From Thermoplasmataceae archaeon (GTDB taxonomy: Archaea; Thermoplasmatota; Thermoplasmata; Thermoplasmatales; Thermoplasmataceae), in assembly GCA_046704525.1 (NCBI GenBank), contig JBJKRS010000019.1, positions 1 to 13,306 of the forward strand: 13,306 nt of DNA, given 5' to 3'. Each line of letters begins with the position of its first letter. The first letter of the stretch is position 1. Positions 8,174 through 13,306 of the stretch are shown here, piece by piece. Under the pieces are notes generated by a model, which saw only the letters and a program-made list of their open reading frames with translations, was not told the origin of the DNA and ran no database searches. The translations under genes and the position numbers were made by a program.

Positions 8174-8695
8174 TCATTTCCTCTTGGAGTAGAAAACGTC
8201 CAGAAGACTTTCTGTAACATGCTGGAGGAGTTCCTCAGTTCCCGCAGCTGTTTTGGCACTTACCAGGAAGTAGTCAACGCCAGTGCTCTTCTTGACTCTT
8301 TCAAAGTCATCCTCCCACACTGCTGCTTCGTACTTCAGGTCGGACTTTGTGCCGACAAGTGCAAGAACGGGACTGTCCACAACGCTGTTGAGGTACTTCA
8401 GGATATCTTCGGCAACTTCCAGCTCCTCGCCCCTCGTTATGTCGACAGTGACGAGAATGCAGTTGGATCCCGTAAGGAGTTTCTCAATTCCCTCCTCGTC
8501 CTGAAGTTCCAGAAAGAGCAGATCGGCTATCAACTTGCTGCCGGATCTCTCGAGGGACATTTTCTTCTTCATCAGTCCCCTCTGCTTAACGGGTCCCGAA
8601 TCCGAGTCGTACACTATCCTGGATACCAGTGAAGACTTCCCTGATCCAGGCTGACCAAGGACGGTGAGTTTCCAGGTGACCCTCTGAAGTTCCAT
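8174..8695 (-). CDS. Ras/Rab-like small GTPase (stand-alone, 173 aa)
   Basis: G1 GQPGSGKSS, G3 LQDEEG (DxxG), G4 GTKSDL (NKxD variant) and G5 SAK are in canonical order, and an ILVTVDIT segment follows G3 as in Ras. The TGA stop lies 1 nt before the endA ATG. Confidence 0.75.
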   Translation of the reverse strand: MELQRVTWKLTVLGQPGSGKSSLVSRIVYDSDSGPVKQRGLMKKKMSLERSGSKLIADLLFLELQDEEGIEKLLTGSNCILVTVDITRGEELEVAEDILKYLNSVVDSPVLALVGTKSDLKYEAAVWEDDFERVKKSTGVDYFLVSAKTAAGTEELLQHVTESLLDVFYSKRK

Positions 8696-8714
8696 TTAGC
8701 GAGTTATTTGTCGT

Positions 8715-8728
8715 TGTATATTATAGTT
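8715..8728 (-). promoter_or_regulatory. TATA box (ctataatata on the minus strand) for the GTPase gene, leaderless
   Basis: Centred about 26 nt upstream of ATG 8695 within the 174-nt AT-rich intergenic region. Confidence 0.5.
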
Positions 8729-8869
8729 TACGTCGCCATACTGCGCAAAAATCGTGCTAAACTATGACTGGGCAGACTACTCCATCTGGAAGGGAAATTT
8801 AGGAGGATGTGGAACGGCAGTTTCCAAAGGGATGAAATACATCTCGCTGGCATAACTCCTCTGGAAGGA

Positions 8870-9892
8870 TCAGCCCACTTCCACCCTGTTTATGACCTTC
8901 CCGGTAGTTGCGTCAACTATTACCACAGTGCTTTCTTTCTTATACCTGAACTTGGCGAACCAGTTGGGGACATGCATGAGCTCTGGATCAGAGACATCGC
9001 ACTCTGTCTCTATGCTTCGGACCATGTGATGCTCTGAATGGGCTAGGGTTGCCTGCAGCTGGTCAACGTTTGTCTTCGCCTCGTACTTCGCAGCATCCAT
9101 CCCTATATCTCCGTTTAGAACGTTGACCCCTTTTGGCAGCTTTGATTCTTCGAATTCTGCTCTCTTAGAGAGGTCAAAGCTGTACTCCCTTGGCTGGTAC
9201 TGTGTAAGGGCCTTGACGGCCACCACCGGATAGTTGTAGTTCTTGTTGATTGTGTACGACCTAATGTTCTGTCCACCCCCCATCATGCTGCCAATCATGG
9301 CGCCTCCAAGCAAACCCTGCCCTATGCCTAGGCCTCTCCCAGACCTGTTTCTCCCTCCACTCATTCCTCCGCTGGCAAGGCCTATTATGGCTGCTGTTGC
9401 TGCCACCTTTCCAACCTCTACTGCAACATCTTCTGCTGTGTAGTTCGTCCTTGCTGAAACCGGCACTATCCAGTACGGGACATACCTGAGATTCATCTCC
9501 TCTATTGTGGACCTTTCTGCTATCCTGATCCTGAATATCCCTCTGTTCAGCTCTTCCCTCATCTCTGAGAGTGCCTGATCCCTTGACTGAAGCATCAGGG
9601 GCATCATGGTATGTTTGGTAACATTCCTCCAGCCCATGTTCTGCAGTGCAACTGAGGTACCGCAGTATTCGCATGATATCACCATTTCTCCAAATTCAGG
9701 CTTGATGGGGGCACCGCATCCAGGGCATTTCAGCTCAATGACACTTGGCTCTGCAATTACCGCAGCCTGCTGCACTGTCGCCTTGCTTCCTGCTCCTCCG
9801 CCCTTCCCTTCCGGATCCCCCTGTTTTGCTCCGCATTTGGGGCAGTACAGGGCATCGTTTGGAATTTCACTCCCGCATTTCAGGCAGAACAT
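8870..9892 (-). CDS. Zinc-ribbon / glycine-rich protein of unknown function, third gene of the SPFH operon
   Basis: 340 aa. N-terminal CxxCG-x9-YCPKCG ribbon, second ribbon CPGCG...CEYCG, a Gly-rich low-complexity core (GLASGGMSGGRNRSGRGLGIGQGLLGGAMIGSMMGGGQ) and a C-terminal domain of unknown family. The ATG directly abuts the TAG stop of the SPFH gene in the same frame, with aaggtg 6 nt upstream. Confidence 0.7.
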   Translation of the reverse strand: MFCLKCGSEIPNDALYCPKCGAKQGDPEGKGGGAGSKATVQQAAVIAEPSVIELKCPGCGAPIKPEFGEMVISCEYCGTSVALQNMGWRNVTKHTMMPLMLQSRDQALSEMREELNRGIFRIRIAERSTIEEMNLRYVPYWIVPVSARTNYTAEDVAVEVGKVAATAAIIGLASGGMSGGRNRSGRGLGIGQGLLGGAMIGSMMGGGQNIRSYTINKNYNYPVVAVKALTQYQPREYSFDLSKRAEFEESKLPKGVNVLNGDIGMDAAKYEAKTNVDQLQATLAHSEHHMVRSIETECDVSDPELMHVPNWFAKFRYKKESTVVIVDATTGKVINRVEVG

Positions 9893-10147
9893 CTATTGCA
9901 CCTTTGTTCCGCAGTTAGGGCAGAACTTTACACCATCAGGAATCTCTGTGCCGCAGTTTGAGCATTTCTTCTTTTCCTGCGGTGCCGGAGATACCGATGC
10001 GCCACAGTTCGGGCAGAATTTGGCGCCATGGTGAACCTGTGTTCCGCACTTCGGGCAGGGAGTTGTAGCCACCTGCTGTTGCACACTGGCTCCACAGTTG
10101 GGACAGAAATTGCTGGTTGCAGGCACTATGGAGCCGCATTTGCTGCA
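9827..10147 (-). repeat. Tandem array of four CxxCG-x9/10-[FY]CPxCG zinc-ribbon coding repeats, three at the SPFH C-terminus and one at the N-terminus of the next gene
   Basis: The plus-strand DNA shows the repeated ccgcagtt(n)gggcagaa pattern, which is the antisense of FCPNCG. The protein repeats are CSKCGSIVPATSNFCPNCGASV, CPKCGTQVHHGAKFCPNCGASV, CSNCGTEIPDGVKFCPNCGTKV and, after the TAG, CLKCGSEIPNDALYCPKCGAK. Confidence 0.7.
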
Positions 10148-11053
10148 TGTCCTTCCGGGTGGCTGCTGCAAGCCACCGTAAAGCTGGTTTGTGAATGCAT
10201 ACCCCATTCCGGCGCCTGCACCTATCCCCACTCCCAGCCCCGCACCTATCCCAGCAGTCCCGGACGGATTGCTCGCGGCATCCACCATTGCCTGTCCAGC
10301 CTGGTACTGGAGATAATTCACCCCAAGCACGGACATCTGTGATCTTGTGTCGATAGCTTTCTGCACCTCGTCCGGAAGTGATATGTTCAGCTGCTGGAGC
10401 TTGTTTATCTCAACTCCGTACTGCCTGAAGTGGGTGGGGGCAATGGCGAGAACACCCTGCTCTATTGCCGTGAGGTTTGACGGAATATCTGTAACCTTCA
10501 TTCCTGCTTCCTTCAGTTTTCCAAGGGTGTTGTAAAGAAGTATGACAATCTGCTCCCTGAGCCTGTCTTCAACCTCGTCCGAAGTCTCTGCGTTGAATGT
10601 TCCAACAAACTGGCTGATGAAAACCTCTACATTGGATATCTTCCACCTGTACTCGCCGAAAACCTTGAGATTCACCACACCGAAAGTCGGGTCGGTGAAC
10701 TGGTACGGTGTCGGGCTGCCGAACTTTCCGTCCATGAATCTTCTCTGGACATAGTAAACCTCTGCCAGCTGCTGAACTCCGGAGAGTGCCTTGACAAGGC
10801 CGCCAACAATTGGCGCATTAATGTCGGTCAGTGCGTACCTGTTTGGCTGGTCCAGCATGGAGAGTATCTTTCCATCCCGCAGGAACACTGCTGTCTCATC
10901 CTCTCTCACGACCACGTTGTCGTTGAGGCGTATGAGCCGTGGAACTTTCCAGATGGAATTTCCCTGCTTGTACTGGCTGTCCCACTCGATTGTTGTGGAA
11001 CCAAAAAGGCTCCCTCCCTTCGATGGTATTTCAGTTGATCTTCTTCCGAACAT
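9893..11053 (-). CDS. SPFH/Band-7 family protein of the Band_7_1 (B. subtilis YdjI-like) type with a C-terminal triple zinc-ribbon tail
   Basis: 386 aa. N-terminal TIEWDSQ...VVVREDETAVFLRDGKI matches the Band_7_1 signature (IEW...RESQAAVFV). A Gly-rich zipper (SGTAGIGAGLGVGIGAGAGMGYAF) precedes three CxxCG...FCPNCG ribbons. The ATG overlaps the TAA of the upstream gene by 1 nt. The stop is TAG. Confidence 0.75.
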   Translation of the reverse strand: MFGRRSTEIPSKGGSLFGSTTIEWDSQYKQGNSIWKVPRLIRLNDNVVVREDETAVFLRDGKILSMLDQPNRYALTDINAPIVGGLVKALSGVQQLAEVYYVQRRFMDGKFGSPTPYQFTDPTFGVVNLKVFGEYRWKISNVEVFISQFVGTFNAETSDEVEDRLREQIVILLYNTLGKLKEAGMKVTDIPSNLTAIEQGVLAIAPTHFRQYGVEINKLQQLNISLPDEVQKAIDTRSQMSVLGVNYLQYQAGQAMVDAASNPSGTAGIGAGLGVGIGAGAGMGYAFTNQLYGGLQQPPGRTCSKCGSIVPATSNFCPNCGASVQQQVATTPCPKCGTQVHHGAKFCPNCGASVSPAPQEKKKCSNCGTEIPDGVKFCPNCGTKVQ

Positions 11054-11592
11054 TACTCTTCACCTCCAGGCGTAAGCAGGATATTTTCAACTGTCTGTAT
11101 CCTGGATTCCCAGGCCGTCTTGGCTTCAATGACTGCCTGAGTGATCTCCCCAAGCGACTCTTCAAGATTCTGGGAGTCGGAAAAACTGCAGAGCGACCTG
11201 ATGCGATCTGCCACGTCCAGGAATTTGAGGTCATATTCATACAGCTTCCTCAGCTTCTCTTCGTTAAGCCTTATGGCCGGTGAAATTCCAGTTGAACCCT
11301 GCGAAGCGTGTACGAGTTCCCCCTGAAATTCCTGTAGCCTGGACAAAGGCCCCGAGAGAAGGGTGAGCTTGTCGAACTTCTCCTGGCTGACCAGAGCCTC
11401 CCTTTCATTGTGTATTGAGTCAATTGCAAGCTGCAGAATCCTTCCGACCTGGTTTCTCAGGAGTTCATCCGCAACCCGTATGTCTTCAAGTTTCCTGTAT
11501 CCCCTGAATATCGGTATATAAAGCTGTATTTTCTTCAGGAGTCCCCTGTTCTTTTCAACTTCTTCCCTGATATCGGGATTGCCGGACTGCAT
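11053..11592 (-). CDS. Hypothetical all-alpha/coiled-coil protein (179 aa), first gene of the SPFH operon
   Basis: Clean ORF with ATG 11592 and TAA overlapping the SPFH ATG (TAATG). Charged helical composition, no TM segment, no family recognised by eye. Confidence 0.55.
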   Translation of the reverse strand: MQSGNPDIREEVEKNRGLLKKIQLYIPIFRGYRKLEDIRVADELLRNQVGRILQLAIDSIHNEREALVSQEKFDKLTLLSGPLSRLQEFQGELVHASQGSTGISPAIRLNEEKLRKLYEYDLKFLDVADRIRSLCSFSDSQNLEESLGEITQAVIEAKTAWESRIQTVENILLTPGGEE

Positions 11593-11610
11593 GAAAAATC
11601 ATGTCCTACC

Positions 11611-11641
11611 TTTTTTAAGCCCTTATCCTTTAAATGATAAG
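11611..11641 (-). promoter_or_regulatory. A-rich TATA-like element (gcttaaaaaagg) for the 179-aa gene, with the adjacent inverted repeat CTTATC-N8-GATAAG (11622-11641)
   Basis: The TATA-like run lies at about -19 to -30 from ATG 11592. The perfect 6-bp inverted repeat flanks a second TATA-like core (ctttaaat) immediately upstream. Confidence 0.35.
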
Positions 11642-11766
11642 CATCCTGTTTTATAAACAGTTCAAGGCAAATTCCTGGGGGCCGGTATTTTCAAGACATC
11701 GTGCAAGTGTGTGGCAGACAAAAAGGCGGAAAGAATATTTGCTTTACAGAGATGACCGGGTATATG

Positions 11767-12996
11767 GACTTCTCGCTGTCTGAAATTGTGGGTCACATGA
11801 AGCCGTCTGAGATCAGGGAGCTATCGAAGTATGCCACCAGCAATGATGTTGTATCATTCGGAGGAGGCATGCCTGACCCGGTAACGTTTCCAAGGTCGGA
11901 GATAAGGGAAATACTCGATGGCATAATTGAAAAGAGCGCAGACAAAGCCCTCCAGTACGGAAACACCAACGGGCTGGACATCTTGAGGTCCGAACTCAAG
12001 TCTTTTGTGAAGAGAAAGGAGTCGATCAGCACCAGCGAGGAGAACATGATTGTGACTGCAGGCTCCCAGCAGGGACTCTATGCAATAGGGCGAATTTTCA
12101 TAGATCCAGGAGACACAATTATCACTGAATCGCCAACATATGTTGGCGCTGTGTCAGCTTTCAACGCCAATTCCGCGAAGCTGGCCCAGATAGGAATGGA
12201 CAGTGACGGGATAATCCCAGAAGATGTGGAGAAGTCCATAGCGGACCTTTCATCAAGAGGCCACAAGCCCAAGTTCATATATGTTATCCCGAATTTCCAG
12301 AATCCCACCGGCGTGACCCTTTCCCTTGAGAGGAGAAAGCATCTCCTTGAGATCTCAGAAAAACACCAGATACCTATAGTTGAGGATAACCCGTATGGCG
12401 AGATCCGTTTCTCTGGAACAAGGATACCGACCTTGAAGAGCCTGGACAGGAATGACAGTGTCATCTACATGGGGAGTTTTTCAAAGATCATGTCTCCAGG
12501 GCTGAGGCTGGGTTACATAATAGCCCCGAAGAAGATTGTAGATACGATTGCCCTTCTCAAGCAGGCCCTTGACCTTTCCACCAACTCGCTCTCGCAATTT
12601 GTCGCGGCAGAGTATCTGAAGAGAAACATCATAGACCAGCAGGTGCCCAAATCAATTGAACTCTACAGGAAGAAGAGGGATGCAATGCTTGGCGCCCTTG
12701 AGGACAACTTCTCGAGTGTTGGAACCTGGACAAAGCCTCAGGGGGGAATGTTTGTCTGGGCAACGATGAATGGTGATGTGAACACTTCCAAGATGCTGAT
12801 AAATGCCGTGAAGAATGGAGTAATTTATGTGAGCGGCCCTGCATTTACCCAGGACAACAGCCATACCCGCTCCATGAGGCTCAATTTCACCTTCCCTTCA
12901 GAGGATAGGATTGTCGAGGGAATCAAGAGGCTCTCAAAAGTTGCCAAGGAGGAGTTCCGGCTCGTCCCGGGAGAGCAGTCATCCAAACAGGTATAA
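11767..12996 (+). CDS. Class I/II PLP-dependent aminotransferase (2-aminoadipate/aromatic aminotransferase, LysN/AroAT-like)
   Basis: Colinear with Thermus LysN: FGGGMPDP, QYGNTNG, TAGSQQGLY, YVIPNFQNPTG, and GSFSKIMSPGLRLGY with the PLP lysine. Start chosen at MDFSLSEI (ATG 11767, with an aagaatattt TATA about 30 nt upstream). Alternatives are ATG 11752 and GTG 11701. TAA stop. Confidence 0.8.
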   Translation, partial: DFSLSEIVGHMKPSEIRELSKYATSNDVVSFGGGMPDPVTFPRSEIREILDGIIEKSADKALQYGNTNGLDILRSELKSFVKRKESISTSEENMIVTAGSQQGLYAIGRIFIDPGDTIITESPTYVGAVSAFNANSAKLAQIGMDSDGIIPEDVEKSIADLSSRGHKPKFIYVIPNFQNPTGVTLSLERRKHLLEISEKHQIPIVEDNPYGEIRFSGTRIPTLKSLDRNDSVIYMGSFSKIMSPGLRLGYIIAPKKIVDTIALLKQALDLSTNSLSQFVAAEYLKRNIIDQQVPKSIELYRKKRDAMLGALEDNFSSVGTWTKPQGGMFVWATMNGDVNTSKMLINAVKNGVIYVSGPAFTQDNSHTRSMRLNFTFPSEDRIVEGIKRLSKVAKEEFRLVPGEQSSKQV

Positions 12997-13018
12997 CTTC
13001 CTCCGGCATGCACACACA

Positions 13019-13306
13019 ATGATCACCATACTCGGGGGTTCCTTCGCATTTCTTCACCCGGGCCACAAGGCCCTGCTAAGGGCGGCGGTGGAGACTGGTA
13101 ACCGGGTAGTCGTGGGCCTTACCACCGATGAATACCTTGTAAAGAACAAGCGCTACGCCACGGTCCCGTACGATGTCAGGGAAGGAAGGGTGAGGTCATA
13201 CCTTGCAGGCATCACTGACAATTTTGACATAGTGCCTCTGACTTCGCGCGAAGGACTTTCCGAGTCCGGAAAGGAGTATGGCTGCATTGTGGTATCAGAT
13301 GAAACC
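13019..13306 (+). CDS. coaD: Phosphopantetheine adenylyltransferase, archaeal type (N-terminal 96 codons, continues beyond the window)
   Basis: MITILGGSFAFLHPGHKALLRAA (HxGH nucleotidyltransferase motif)...GLTTDEYLVKNKRYATVPYDVR...CIVVSDET matches archaeal PPAT (Pyrococcus GGTFDRLHLGHKALL...GLTSDEM...ILPYELR...AIVVSEET). Confidence 0.75.
   Translation, partial: MITILGGSFAFLHPGHKALLRAAVETGNRVVVGLTTDEYLVKNKRYATVPYDVREGRVRSYLAGITDNFDIVPLTSREGLSESGKEYGCIVVSDET

Noticed and set aside
8173-8259. Longest-ORF start of endA (MPKQLRELRN...) overlapping the GTPase gene by 86 nt
   Set aside because: The N-terminal alignment to A. fulgidus EndA begins near MQRAIS (ATG 8172). The extension has low-complexity Ser-rich composition and would require an extensive out-of-frame overlap.
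8021-8632. 203-aa plus-strand ORF overlapping the GTPase and the endA N-terminus
   Set aside because: Fully antisense to a gene with clear GTPase motifs, and no recognisable domain. It is a typical high-GC shadow ORF.
9243-9443. 66-aa Pro-rich ORF on the plus strand, with the same pattern in ORFs 9606-10034 and 10028-10342
   Set aside because: These are antisense or out-of-frame readings of the Gly-rich and Cys-rich (zinc-ribbon) coding segments of the minus-strand genes. GGN codons read as NCC (Pro) on the opposite strand. They have no start context or independent support.
11701-11766. GTG 11701 / ATG 11752 N-terminal extension of the LysN-like aminotransferase
   Set aside because: The homolog N-terminus (Thermus LysN MKPLSWSE...IRELL) aligns with MDFSLSEI...IRELS, and a TATA-like box about 30 nt upstream of ATG 11767 fits a leaderless start. 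The extension, including the Cys-rich MQVCGRQKGGKNICF, is not family-like. This remains uncertain by 15-66 nt.
11793-12464. Two minus-strand ORFs (84 and 128 aa) inside the LysN-like aminotransferase gene
   Set aside because: Antisense to a gene with unambiguous PLP-aminotransferase motifs, with no independent signals.
1-13306. Search for tRNA/rRNA genes, CRISPR arrays, IS elements or integrase/transposase signatures
   Set aside because: No T-psi-C-like GTTCGAATC/GTTCAAATC motifs with cloverleaf context were seen. There are no direct-repeat arrays with regular spacing, no terminal inverted repeats, and no transposase or integrase-like ORFs. The only tandem repeats are the protein-coding zinc-ribbon units.

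Overview
This window looks like archaeal chromosome, probably Thermoplasmatota-like or another euryarchaeote, with about 50% GC. The evidence is a split GMP synthase subunit B, archaeal-type ribosomal protein S2, an alpha2-type tRNA-splicing endonuclease and an archaeal phosphopantetheine adenylyltransferase. Most genes also have AT-rich TATA boxes about 25 nt upstream of the start codon, which implies leaderless mRNAs. Most of the window is housekeeping: a class V aminotransferase, an MFS transporter, a wHTH regulator, hisS, a stand-alone RAM-domain protein with a tiny membrane partner, guaAB, a 2TM-domain protein, rps2, endA, a LysN/AroAT-like aminotransferase and the start of coaD. The region worth a second look is a minus-strand cluster at 8174-11592. 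It holds a tightly coupled three-gene operon: an unknown 179-aa helical protein, an SPFH/Band_7_1 (YdjI-like) protein with a triple zinc-ribbon tail, and a zinc-ribbon/glycine-rich protein. A stand-alone Ras-like small GTPase with its own leaderless promoter follows directly downstream and is itself coupled to endA. The SPFH gene and the next gene are in the same reading frame, separated by a single TAG, and the tandem zinc-ribbon repeat array runs straight across that codon. It is the only TAG stop among 15 stop codons in the window (9 TGA, 5 TAA). That points to gene fission, stop-codon readthrough or pyrrolysine recoding, or a sequencing error. No tRNA, rRNA, CRISPR array or mobile element was seen.
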